64,000 bases of DNA from assembly GCA_963805305.1 (NCBI GenBank), contig CAWDTM010000008.1:328317-392316 (forward strand), in the 5' to 3' direction. The notes beneath the pieces were generated by a model that saw nothing but the letters and a program-made list of their open reading frames with translations, had not been told where the DNA came from and did no database searches. Below are positions 41,883 to 50,793 of the stretch, piece by piece. The DNA comes from an uncultured Chloroflexia bacterium (lineage in GTDB: Bacteria; Chloroflexota; Limnocylindria; QHBO01). The stretch's first letter is position 1; every line of letters starts with the position of its first letter. The position numbers and the translations under genes are program-made.

Positions 41883-42922
41883 CCATCACCGAGCTCTCCG
41901 AGCCGCCACGCGTGGTCGGGAGACCCGGGGATCGCCTGCTCGAGGTGCGGGACCTGCGAACCAGCTTCGAGACGCGCGACGGCGTCGTGCGGGCCGTCAC
42001 CGGCATCGACTTCCACGTCGACCGCGGGGAGATCCTGGGCCTGGTGGGTGAGTCCGGCTGTGGGAAGAGCGTGACCAGCCTCTCGCTGCTGCGCCTCATC
42101 GCTCCGCCCGGCCGCATCGAGGCGGGCGAGGTCGTGTTCGACGGGCAGGACCTGATGACCCTCAAGTCGAAGGAGATGCGCGCCCTGCGCGGCGATCGGA
42201 TCAGCATGATCTTCCAGCAGCCGACGAGCAGCCTGAACCCGGTCTTCAACGTGGGCATGCAGCTGCGCGAGGTGCTGGAGCTCCACCGCAACATGAAGCG
42301 CAAGGCAGCGGACGATCGGGCCGCCGAGCTCCTCCGGATGGTCGGAATCCCGGATCCGATGCGTCGCCTCTCCGCGTTTCCCCATTCGCTCTCGGGCGGG
42401 ATGGCACAGCGGGTCATGATCGCCATGGCCCTCGCCTGCGAGCCCGAGCTGCTCATCGCCGACGAGCCGACGACCGCGCTGGACGTCACGATCCAGGCCC
42501 AGATCCTGGACCTGATGCGCGCGCTCCAGCACGAGACCGGGACCGCCATCATCCTGATCACCCACGACCTCGGCGTGGTCGCCGAGATGGCCGACCGGGT
42601 GGCGGTCATGTATGCCGGCGAGATCGTGGAGCAGGCGGACGTCACCTCCCTGTTCGCGAGGCCGCAGCATCCGTACACCCAGGGCCTCATCGGCTCCGTC
42701 CCGACCCTGGGCGTCCAGAAGGAGGAGCTGACGACGATCCCCGGTTCGGTGCCCAACCTGATCGACCTGCCCGAGGCCTGCCGCTTCGCGCCGCGCTGCG
42801 TCGCCCGCGTCGAGCGGAACGTGCCGCACTGCGATGAGATCCACCCGGAGCTGCGCGAGGCCCGTGACGGACACGAGGTGCGCTGCTGGATGTACCACGA
42901 GCCGGACGGTACGCTCCGATGA
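41879..42922 (+). CDS. ABC transporter ATP-binding protein (OppD-like)
   Basis: [21 protein letters not shown] and [12 protein letters not shown] are present. The ATG overlaps the permease stop. Confidence 0.85.
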   Translation: MTITELSEPPRVVGRPGDRLLEVRDLRTSFETRDGVVRAVTGIDFHVDRGEILGLVGESGCGKSVTSLSLLRLIAPPGRIEAGEVVFDGQDLMTLKSKEMRALRGDRISMIFQQPTSSLNPVFNVGMQLREVLELHRNMKRKAADDRAAELLRMVGIPDPMRRLSAFPHSLSGGMAQRVMIAMALACEPELLIADEPTTALDVTIQAQILDLMRALQHETGTAIILITHDLGVVAEMADRVAVMYAGEIVEQADVTSLFARPQHPYTQGLIGSVPTLGVQKEELTTIPGSVPNLIDLPEACRFAPRCVARVERNVPHCDEIHPELREARDGHEVRCWMYHEPDGTLR

Positions 42923-44106
42923 CGCCCACCACGCGCGCCGACGGGCCGTTGGTCCAGGTCGAGCACCTGACCGAGTACTTCCCCATCACCGGCGGGATCC
43001 TGCAGCGCCGCCGGGGGGACGTGAAGGCGGTCGACGACGTGAGCTTCACCATCCAGCGCGGCGAGACGCTGGGCCTCGTCGGCGAGTCGGGCTGCGGAAA
43101 GACGACGATCGGCAGGCTCCTGCTGCGTCTCCTCGACCCCACCGGTGGTTCGATCACCTTCGACGGCCAGGAGATCAGCTCCCTGCGCGGCGCGGCGCTC
43201 AAGCCGTTCCGCCGGCGGATGCAGATCATCTTCCAGGACCCGTTCGCCTCGCTCGACCCGCGGGCTCCCATCGGATCCTCGATCGGAGAGGGGCTGCGGA
43301 TCCACGGCATCGGCTCGGTGGCGGAGCGGCGCGACCGCGTCGCACGAATGATGCAGCTGGTCGGATTGCAGTCGTACCACGCGAGGCGCTACCCCCACGA
43401 GTTCTCCGGCGGGCAGCGCCAGCGGATCGGGATCGCGCGGGCGCTCGTCCTGGAGCCCGACCTGCTCGTCTGCGACGAGCCGGTCAGCGCGCTCGATGTC
43501 TCGATCCAGGCGCAGGTCCTCAACCTCCTTCGCCAGCTGCAGCGCGACCTGGGCCTCACCTACCTGTTCGTCGCCCACAACATGGGCGTCGTCGAGCACA
43601 TCAGCGACCGGGTGGCGGTCATGTACCTGGGAACGCTGGCCGAGATCGCCCCACGGGAACGGATCTATGCGACGCCGCAGCACCCGTACACCATCGCGCT
43701 GCTCTCCGCCGTGCCGGTGGCGGACCCGGGGGCGCGAGCGCGGCAGCGGCGCATCATCCTGCTTGGCGACGTCCCGTCGCCGGTCAACCCGCCCTCGGGC
43801 TGCCGCTTCCACACGCGCTGCTGGCTGCGCCAGCAGCTGGGCAATCCCGAGCGCTGCGTCACCGAGCGACCGGTGGTCCGCGAGCTTCACCCCGAGCACG
43901 GCGTCGCCTGCCACTACGCCGAGGAGCTCGCGGAGCCGACACGCCGGGAGCAGCTGGTCAGCGCGGCCGCCTCCGTCAGCTCAGCGCGCACGGTGGGGGA
44001 CGAGGAGTCGGTGTCTCCGCCGCCGATGCCGCCCGCTCAACGGCCGGGCGAGTTCCCGAGCGTCGACAATGCGTCGGACGAGGAGGCCGCTGCTCGGCTA
44101 GGCTGA
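42919..44106 (+). CDS. ABC transporter ATP-binding protein (OppF-like) with a C-terminal extension
   Basis: [27 protein letters not shown] and [11 protein letters not shown]. Confidence 0.85.
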   Translation: MTPTTRADGPLVQVEHLTEYFPITGGILQRRRGDVKAVDDVSFTIQRGETLGLVGESGCGKTTIGRLLLRLLDPTGGSITFDGQEISSLRGAALKPFRRRMQIIFQDPFASLDPRAPIGSSIGEGLRIHGIGSVAERRDRVARMMQLVGLQSYHARRYPHEFSGGQRQRIGIARALVLEPDLLVCDEPVSALDVSIQAQVLNLLRQLQRDLGLTYLFVAHNMGVVEHISDRVAVMYLGTLAEIAPRERIYATPQHPYTIALLSAVPVADPGARARQRRIILLGDVPSPVNPPSGCRFHTRCWLRQQLGNPERCVTERPVVRELHPEHGVACHYAEELAEPTRREQLVSAAASVSSARTVGDEESVSPPPMPPAQRPGEFPSVDNASDEEAAARLG

Positions 44107-44110
44107 CCGC

Positions 44111-45019
44111 GTGCAGTACCGCGTCGCCCTCGCCCAGATCGCCCCGCGCCTCGGCGACCTCGCGGGGAACCTCGACCTCGTCGCAACCCGGGCCGCGGAG
44201 AGCGCCGCCGGGGGAGCCGATCTGGTCGTCTTCCCGGAGCTCGCGCTGACCGGGTACCTCCTCTCCGACCTCGTGCCGGAGGTGGCCATGCGGGCCGACG
44301 ACCCTCGCCTGCTGGCCTTGGGGGCCGACCTGCCCGAAACCAGCGTGGCGGTGGGCTTCGTGGAGGAGACGCGGGCGCATCGGTACTGCAACTCCGTGGC
44401 CCTGCTGCGGGGCGGCGAGCTGCTGGGCCTGCACCGCAAGGTCTATCTGCCCACCTACGGCCTCTTCGACGAGTCACGGTTCACGCACCCCGGGCACCAG
44501 ATCCGGACCACCGACGTGGGCGATCCGCTGCGACGCATCGGCCTCAGCGTCTGCGAGGACTTCTGGCATCCCTTCGTGCCCATGCTCCAGGCCCAGGACG
44601 GCGCGCTGCTCCTCGTGAACGTGGCCGCCGGACCGGCGCGCGCTCCCGGGAGCGAGGCGGGGCTGGCGGCGGTTGCCGGGTGGCACCGCATGCAGGAGAC
44701 GTATGCGCTGCTCGGGACCGTGGCCGTCGCCTTCTGCAACCGCGTCGGCAACGAGGAGGGGCTGACCTTCTGGGGCGGATCGCGCCTCCTGGGTCCCGAC
44801 GGGACGGTCATCGTCGAGGCCCCCCTCTACGAGGAGGCGGTCGTCACCGGCATCCTCGAGACGGACGACCTGCGCATGCAGCGCTACGCGCTGCCACTGG
44901 TGGCCGACGAGCGCCTGGAGCTCGTGCGTCGCGAGATCGACCGGATCATCGCGGAACGTGCCGAGCTGCCCCCGCCGGCCGATGAGGACGGCGGCGACAG
45001 TCCGGGACCACGCGGGTGA
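44111..45019 (+). CDS. Carbon-nitrogen hydrolase (nitrilase superfamily); likely the glutaminase partner of NadE
   Basis: CN-hydrolase catalytic triad context is present (E in VVFPELALTGY, K in LHRKVYLP, C in GLSVCEDFWHP). Its stop overlaps the nadE start (GTGA). Confidence 0.8.
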   Translation: MQYRVALAQIAPRLGDLAGNLDLVATRAAESAAGGADLVVFPELALTGYLLSDLVPEVAMRADDPRLLALGADLPETSVAVGFVEETRAHRYCNSVALLRGGELLGLHRKVYLPTYGLFDESRFTHPGHQIRTTDVGDPLRRIGLSVCEDFWHPFVPMLQAQDGALLLVNVAAGPARAPGSEAGLAAVAGWHRMQETYALLGTVAVAFCNRVGNEEGLTFWGGSRLLGPDGTVIVEAPLYEEAVVTGILETDDLRMQRYALPLVADERLELVRREIDRIIAERAELPPPADEDGGDSPGPRG

Positions 45020-45906
45020 CCACGACCGCCGGCCCCGGAGGGATCGCCGGGCCGGCCAGCGGCGCACCCCTGCCGCAGATCGACCCCGCGGTCACCACCG
45101 ACGTGATCGTCGCCTTCATCCGCTCCGAGCTCGCCCGGGCGGGCTTCGAGCGTCTCGTGCTAGGGCTCTCCGGTGGGGTGGACTCCGCGACCGTCGCCTA
45201 CCTGTCCGCCCGCGCGGTCGGGGCCGACAACCTCCTCGCGGTGCGGATGCCGTATCGCACCAGCTCGCCGGAGTCCGAGACGGACGCCATGCGGGTCGTC
45301 GATGCCCTGGGCTGCCGGACCGAGCGGGTCGACATCACCCCCATGGTGGAGCCCATGCTCGCGCTCGTCGGGGCCGCGGACGCCCCGGACCTGCAGGTCC
45401 GCCGGGGGAACGTGATGGCCCGCCAGAGGATGATAGTGCTCTACGACCGATCGGCCGCGTTTGACGCCCTGGTGGTCGGGACCTCGAACAAGACCGAGGC
45501 GCTGCTTGGCTACGGGACGCTCTACGGTGACATGGCGTGCGCCCTCGCGCCCATCGGGGACCTGTACAAGACCCAGCTGCGCGCGGTGGCGCAGCATCTC
45601 GGTGTGCCGCCGCGGATCGTGGCCAAGCCGCCCTCGGCCGACCTGTGGCCCGGACAGACCGACGAGGGAGAGCTGGGGCGCTCGTATGCGGACCTGGATC
45701 GGGCGCTCTTCGCACTCGTCGATCGGCGCTGGACGGTGGATCGCTGCGTGGCGGGAGGCCTTGACCGCGACCTCGTCGAATGGGTCGCCGGTCGCGTGGC
45801 TCGCATGGAGTACAAGCGCCAGACGCCGCCGGTCGCCAAGGTCAGCCTGCGTACGCCCGGGATCGACCACCTGTACCCGCGCCGTCGCCCCGGATCCCGT
45901 CGGTAA
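45016..45906 (+). CDS. nadE: NAD+ synthetase (NadE, synthetase domain only)
   Basis: PP-loop SGGVDSATVAYL of the adenine-nucleotide alpha-hydrolase fold, and NadE motifs (GTSNKTEALLGYGTLYGD). Confidence 0.85.
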   Translation: MTTTAGPGGIAGPASGAPLPQIDPAVTTDVIVAFIRSELARAGFERLVLGLSGGVDSATVAYLSARAVGADNLLAVRMPYRTSSPESETDAMRVVDALGCRTERVDITPMVEPMLALVGAADAPDLQVRRGNVMARQRMIVLYDRSAAFDALVVGTSNKTEALLGYGTLYGDMACALAPIGDLYKTQLRAVAQHLGVPPRIVAKPPSADLWPGQTDEGELGRSYADLDRALFALVDRRWTVDRCVAGGLDRDLVEWVAGRVARMEYKRQTPPVAKVSLRTPGIDHLYPRRRPGSRR

Positions 45907-46010
45907 GCCGTTGCACACCGAGCGGTAAGCGCTCGTCCCTAGCCTCCTGCCCGAGCGGCCGACTCGCCCGGTGCGCTCGCAGCCCGGGATGCGGGCAGGA
46001 GGTTCATTCC

Positions 46011-46445
46011 ATGAACAAGGTGCTGCTGGTCGGTCGACTGACGAGGGATCCGGAGCTGCGGTCGTTGCCGAGTGGCAAGCCGCTCGCGACCTTCGTGGTG
46101 GCCACGAACGAGTTCCGCGGCGGAGGCGGCGAGCGAACCGAGTATCACAACGTCGTCGCCTGGGACCGCCTGGCGGAGATCTGCGGCCAGTTCCTTTCGA
46201 AGGGCCAGATGGTCGACATCGAGGGCCGGCTCCAGACGCGGCAGTGGGACGACGACGCCGGGATTCGCCACTGGAAGACCGAGGTGGTGGCGGCCTCGCT
46301 GGAGATGCTCTCCGGGCGCGGGAAGAAGGACTATGCCCGTGAGGTCCAGGCCGCGGCGGGTGCCGACGGTGCGGACGCCGGCACAGCCCAAACGGAGGGC
46401 GGCGAGGACGGCTCCGGAGAGGAGGAGCTCGCCATCGCCATGTGA
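46011..46445 (+). CDS. ssb: Single-stranded DNA-binding protein
   Basis: OB-fold SSB (MNKVLLVGRLTRDPELRSLPSGKPLATFVVATNE...YHNVVAWDRLAEI). Gly-rich acidic tail. GGAGG RBS. Confidence 0.85.
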   Translation: MNKVLLVGRLTRDPELRSLPSGKPLATFVVATNEFRGGGGERTEYHNVVAWDRLAEICGQFLSKGQMVDIEGRLQTRQWDDDAGIRHWKTEVVAASLEMLSGRGKKDYAREVQAAAGADGADAGTAQTEGGEDGSGEEELAIAM

Positions 46446-46604
46446 CCCGATGGTGTGGCGGGACCACCACCAGTGGTCCCGCCCGATCAGCAAGGAGTCT
46501 TCGACTCAGCGGCGCGCCGGGGACCTGACGCGTCCGTCGAGACAGGGTGGCCGGATCCTGCTGGCGTTCCCGGCGAACCGTCCGAACGGACAGGAGGATC
46601 ACCC

Positions 46605-47270
46605 ATGCGACATCTCTCGAGGCCCGTGAGCCTGGCCACCGGCGTCATGCTCGTCGCCACCCTGGCGGGCCCCGCGCTCGCGAGCACGCCCGCCACACCC
46701 AACGTGCGACCGTCGGCGCCGGCAGGATCGATTCACCGGCTGGTGACTCGACCCCTCGCCCTCGACGACGCGGAATGCGCCGCGCTGGCCGCGAACAGCG
46801 ACGCTCCCGGCCGCACCCGGCGCCCGACCGCAACATGCTCGGCGACCATCACCCTGGAGGTCTCCGCCACCCGCCTGGCTCCCATCGCGGACGGCTCCCT
46901 CGTCACGCAGGGCGGCTCGAGGTGCAGCACCACCTGGGTGATCACCAGCGAGCGCGCCACGGTCCAGAGCATCTTCGGAGGGTTCTTCTGGTCGGCGAGC
47001 GCCAACGCCACCGGCTACGGCGACAGCTGCGGTCGGGTGATGTGGACCTCGGTAACCTGCGACCAGCACGGAATCGGCTACGCGGTGCGCATCGACTGGT
47101 GCGGGGCGTATCCGGGGCGCTGGACGTGGTACGGGTACACGTCCACGAACTTCGGGTTGAACATCACCGTGTCCGCGGTCGCAAATGGCACGCCCATCGC
47201 CTGGACGCACGGGGCGCGCAACGGGTTCAACCCGTACACGGGAAGCCAGTACGGCTTCTTCTACTGGTGA
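46605..47270 (+). CDS. Hypothetical secreted Cys/Trp/Gly-rich protein
   Basis: AGGAGG RBS. Sec signal peptide (LATGVMLVATLAGPALAST). Eight cysteines; C-terminus ...GSQYGFFYW. No known family. Confidence 0.55.
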   Translation: MRHLSRPVSLATGVMLVATLAGPALASTPATPNVRPSAPAGSIHRLVTRPLALDDAECAALAANSDAPGRTRRPTATCSATITLEVSATRLAPIADGSLVTQGGSRCSTTWVITSERATVQSIFGGFFWSASANATGYGDSCGRVMWTSVTCDQHGIGYAVRIDWCGAYPGRWTWYGYTSTNFGLNITVSAVANGTPIAWTHGARNGFNPYTGSQYGFFYW

Positions 47271-47274
47271 TGCC

Positions 47275-47415
47275 ATGAAGCGCCTTCAGGTCATCCTGGC
47301 CATCGCCGCCCTGGTCGTGCTCCTGCTGGCACTCGGCGCGTTCGGGGCGACCGGCAGCTCATCACTGTCGGGGCAACCAACAGTGACGCATTCGCTCGGC
47401 CTGCCCGGTCAGTGA
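47275..47415 (+). CDS. Hypothetical 46-aa signal-peptide-bearing small ORF immediately downstream of the secreted protein
   Basis: MKRLQVILAIAALVVLLLALGAFGATGSSSLSGQPTVTHSLGLPGQ. It starts 4 nt after the upstream stop. Confidence 0.3.
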   Translation: MKRLQVILAIAALVVLLLALGAFGATGSSSLSGQPTVTHSLGLPGQ

Positions 47416-47429
47416 CCGGGCAGGGACGG

Positions 47430-48908
47430 TCAGGTGGCGGCGGCAGCGCTTCGGCGGCGCGGCTCCACGGCCGGTTTCTCGTCCCGAGGCGGATAGGCGT
47501 CGTTGAGGTACGCGTCGATCGCCGTGGCCGCGCGCTTTCCGTCGCCCATGGCCAGGATCACGGTCGCCGCGCCGCGCACGATGTCGCCGCCCGCGAAGAC
47601 GCCCGGCATGGAGGTCATGCCGTGTGGGTCGGTCTGGAGGTAGCCACGGTCATTGACGACGAGGTCGGGAGCACTGGCGGTGAGCAACGGATTGCTGCGG
47701 GTGCCGATCGCGACCACCACCATGTCGCAGGGAAGCTCGAACTCCGAGCCCGGGATCGGCTCAGGCCGACGGCGGCCCGAGGAATCGGGCTCGCCGAGGG
47801 TCATCTCGACGCAGCGCAGGCCGGTGACCCAGCCCTGCTCGTCGCCGATCACTTCGACCGGCGCGACCTGGAACTTGAAATCGATGCCCTCTGCCTCCGC
47901 GTGGTGGACCTCTTCGGCACGCGCGGGGAGCTCCTCGCGTCCGCGCCGGTACACGATCGTCGACTGGGTGGCGCCCATGCGTCGTGCGGTGCGCACCGAG
48001 TCCATGGCCACGTTCCCGCCACCCACGACGGCGACGCGGCGCCCATGGAGGATCGGCGTGTCCGCTTCCTCGTTCCAGGCGCCCATCAGGTTGACCCGGG
48101 TGAGGTACTCGTTCGCGGAGTAGACGCCCTTGAGGTTCTCGCCGGGGACGCCCATGAAGACCGGCAGGCCCGCGCCCACGGCCACGAAGATGGCGTCGAA
48201 CTGCCCGCGCAGCTCTGGCAGGGTGAAGGTCTTGCCAATGATGGCATTCGGCTCGATCTTGACGCCGGCCTCCTTGAGACGGTCGACCTCGGCCTGGACG
48301 ATGTCCTTGGGCAGCCGGAACTCGGGGATGCCGTAGATCAGGACCCCGCCGGCGGCATGGAAGGCCTCGAAGATGGTCACCTCGTGGCCGCGGTGGACCA
48401 GCTCACCAGCCGCGGTCAGCCCGGCCGGACCCGAGCCGATCACCGCCACGGACTTCCGGGTGCGCGTCGCGGTGGCGTGCTCGAGCTGATCGGCGTGGGC
48501 TTGGGCCCAGTCCGCCACGTACCGCTCCAGGTAGCCGATGGCGACGGGCTTGCCGGTCTTGCCCCGCAGGCAGACGAGCTCGCACTGGGTCTCCTGCGGG
48601 CAGACGCGCCCGGTGACGCAGGGCAGCGCGTTATCGGCCAGCAGCGAGTTGGCAGCCGCCGCGACGTCGCCGTCGCGCAGGAAGCGGATGAAGCGAGGAA
48701 TGTTGACCGATACGGGGCAGCCCGCGATGCAGTATTCCTTGGGGCACTCCAGGCAGCGTTGAGCCTCCAGGAGGGCGAGCTGATACGTCAGCCCCTCGTT
48801 CACCTCGGCGAAGTTGACCGCGCGCAGCTTGGGATCCTGCTCCGGCATGACGACCCGGTCGATCGCCATCCTCTCCTTCTTGGTGAGGGGTGGTTGCTGC
48901 TCGGTCAT
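47430..48908 (-). CDS. Glutamate synthase small-subunit-like NAD(P)H oxidoreductase (GltD/NfnB/SudA family; two [4Fe-4S] plus FAD)
   Basis: CLECPKEYCIAGCPV and CPQETQCELVC cysteine motifs, plus GSGPAGLTAAGEL and GGGNVAMD dinucleotide-binding motifs. This is the in-frame internal start MTEQQ of the long minus ORF. Confidence 0.8.
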   Translation of the reverse strand: MTEQQPPLTKKERMAIDRVVMPEQDPKLRAVNFAEVNEGLTYQLALLEAQRCLECPKEYCIAGCPVSVNIPRFIRFLRDGDVAAAANSLLADNALPCVTGRVCPQETQCELVCLRGKTGKPVAIGYLERYVADWAQAHADQLEHATATRTRKSVAVIGSGPAGLTAAGELVHRGHEVTIFEAFHAAGGVLIYGIPEFRLPKDIVQAEVDRLKEAGVKIEPNAIIGKTFTLPELRGQFDAIFVAVGAGLPVFMGVPGENLKGVYSANEYLTRVNLMGAWNEEADTPILHGRRVAVVGGGNVAMDSVRTARRMGATQSTIVYRRGREELPARAEEVHHAEAEGIDFKFQVAPVEVIGDEQGWVTGLRCVEMTLGEPDSSGRRRPEPIPGSEFELPCDMVVVAIGTRSNPLLTASAPDLVVNDRGYLQTDPHGMTSMPGVFAGGDIVRGAATVILAMGDGKRAATAIDAYLNDAYPPRDEKPAVEPRRRSAAAAT

Positions 48909-49771
48909 GAGCCCGCCTTCGCCGCCACGATGGCCTCCTGGTCGGACTCGGCCCGGCAGGCCTCGCGCTTGGCCAGGGCCTCCTGCTCGAAGGTCCGGTA
49001 GGTGCTCAGGCGGTCCGAGAGCGCCTTGAAGTCCACCTGGTGGCCGTCGAACTCCGGCCCGTCCACGCACGCGTAGCGCGTTTCGCCGCCGATGGTGACG
49101 CGACAGCCGCCGCACATTCCGGTCCCGTCGAGCATGATCGCGTTGAGGGAGACCGTTGTGGGCACGCCGTACGGCCGGGTGAGCTCCGAGACGGCGCGCA
49201 TCATGGGCACCGGGCCTACCGCGTACACCGCGTCGACCCCGCCCGCCTCGATGGCGTCCTTGAGCGCCTCGGTCACGAAGCCGGGCCTTCCGTAGCTGCC
49301 GTCGTCGGTGCAGGGAAGCACCTCGCCGGCGCGACCCAGCTCCTCCTCCATGATCACCCACTCGCGGGAGCGCCCACCCACGATCGAGGTGACCCGAACG
49401 CCACGGCGCTTCAGTTCCTGGGCGATGGGCAGGATCACGGCAGTGCCCACGCCGCCGCCAACGCACACCGCGTGGCCGGCCGCGAGCAGCTCGGTGGGGC
49501 TGCCGAGCGGTCCGGCGACATCGGTGATCGCCTCGCCCGGCTCCAGCTCGACGAGGTCGTAGGTGCTCTTGCCGACCGACTGGATGACCAGGCTTATCGT
49601 GCCCGCCTCGGGATCCGCGTCGGCGATGGTCAGCGGGATTCGCTCGGCACCGGGGCCTCGCCGAACGATCACGAACTGGCCGGGGCGCCGAATCTGGGCG
49701 ATCCGGGGCGCGTCGACGACCAGGCGCCAGACGTTCGGTGAGAGATGGTGCTTCGCTCGGATGACGTGCAT
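48905..49771 (-). CDS. PyrK-like FAD/[2Fe-2S] electron-transfer subunit (NfnA/SudB-like)
   Basis: FNR-like FAD/NAD module followed by a C-terminal C-x-C...C cluster (GTGMCGGCRVTIGGETRYACVDGPEF). It overlaps the downstream partner (ATGA). Start codon choice (M31/M35) is uncertain. Confidence 0.75.
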   Translation of the reverse strand: MHVIRAKHHLSPNVWRLVVDAPRIAQIRRPGQFVIVRRGPGAERIPLTIADADPEAGTISLVIQSVGKSTYDLVELEPGEAITDVAGPLGSPTELLAAGHAVCVGGGVGTAVILPIAQELKRRGVRVTSIVGGRSREWVIMEEELGRAGEVLPCTDDGSYGRPGFVTEALKDAIEAGGVDAVYAVGPVPMMRAVSELTRPYGVPTTVSLNAIMLDGTGMCGGCRVTIGGETRYACVDGPEFDGHQVDFKALSDRLSTYRTFEQEALAKREACRAESDQEAIVAAKAGS

Positions 49772-49926
49772 ATGGGCTCCCATGCATCGCGGTTCGACCC
49801 GCAACCATGGTGCCGCCTCGACATATGCGCACTCATGCACCAGAGCGCACCTGTTTGGCGTGCCGAAGGTCACAGTTCGAGGGGCCAGCCTGACCGCCCG
49901 AACCGGGATGGGCGTCCGCCGGCGAG

Positions 49927-50745
49927 CTAGGAGCTGGCCTCGACGGCAGGAACCGCGGTCTTGCCCTTCGGCCAGTAGAGCTCCTTCTTGACATGAAACT
50001 CGGGGAATCCGGACGCCATGAGAATGCCCTCGACGTTGAGGATCATCTCGGGATTCCCGCAGATGTAGACGACGGTTCGCTCCGGGCGCAGCCCCATGTC
50101 GTGGCAGACCGCCTCCACGATCGTCTCAACGCGTCCCGTCCGGCCCGTCCAGCTCGCATTCCTCGGGTCGTTGGGCCGGGAGACGGTTGGTATGTAGCGG
50201 ACCGGATACGTTCCGTCAGCCTCCCAGCCGCGCAGGAGCTCCGCGTAGCCGAGCTCGTTGGCGTACGAGCAGCCGTGGAGCAGCACGGTCTGCCGCGGTG
50301 CGCCCGCCGCCAGGGACTCGCGCATCATGGCCAGGAAGGGCGCGATGCCGGTCCCGGTGGAGACGAACAGGTGCGTCCGGTCATCGTCGGGCTCGAGCAT
50401 GAACTTGCCCTTGGGCCCGATCATCCGCATCCGGTGCCCGATGGGCAGCCGCCAGAGCAGGGTCGTGAAGCGCAGGATGGGGACCAGCTTCACGTAGAAC
50501 TCGTAGCCCTCGGTCCCCGCATCGCGCGGGGGCGAGGCGACCGAATACGGCCTCTGGACGATCTTCCCGTCCGCGTAGACGCCGATGGTCATGTACTGGC
50601 CGGGCTCGAACGGCGTGGCCTCGTCGTCGAAGCGAACCCAGAAGTAGCCCAGGTCCTCGGTCTCGTCGACGCGGCGAATCAGGGTCGCGTTGTAGGTGGG
50701 GTGATCGGCCTCGATGGCTCGTGCGTCAGCGTCATGGTCGTTCAT
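49927..50745 (-). CDS. Ferredoxin--NADP+ reductase (FNR-type flavoenzyme)
   Basis: RPYSVAS FAD motif, GKF, and GTGIAPF NADP motif. C-terminal 272 aa of the long minus ORF 49927..52479; the remainder of that ORF is antisense to metG. Confidence 0.8.
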   Translation of the reverse strand: MNDHDADARAIEADHPTYNATLIRRVDETEDLGYFWVRFDDEATPFEPGQYMTIGVYADGKIVQRPYSVASPPRDAGTEGYEFYVKLVPILRFTTLLWRLPIGHRMRMIGPKGKFMLEPDDDRTHLFVSTGTGIAPFLAMMRESLAAGAPRQTVLLHGCSYANELGYAELLRGWEADGTYPVRYIPTVSRPNDPRNASWTGRTGRVETIVEAVCHDMGLRPERTVVYICGNPEMILNVEGILMASGFPEFHVKKELYWPKGKTAVPAVEASS

Positions 50746-50793
50746 CTTCGGATCCAAGTGTAGCCGCGGTCCGGGTAGAATCGGCGCCCGACC

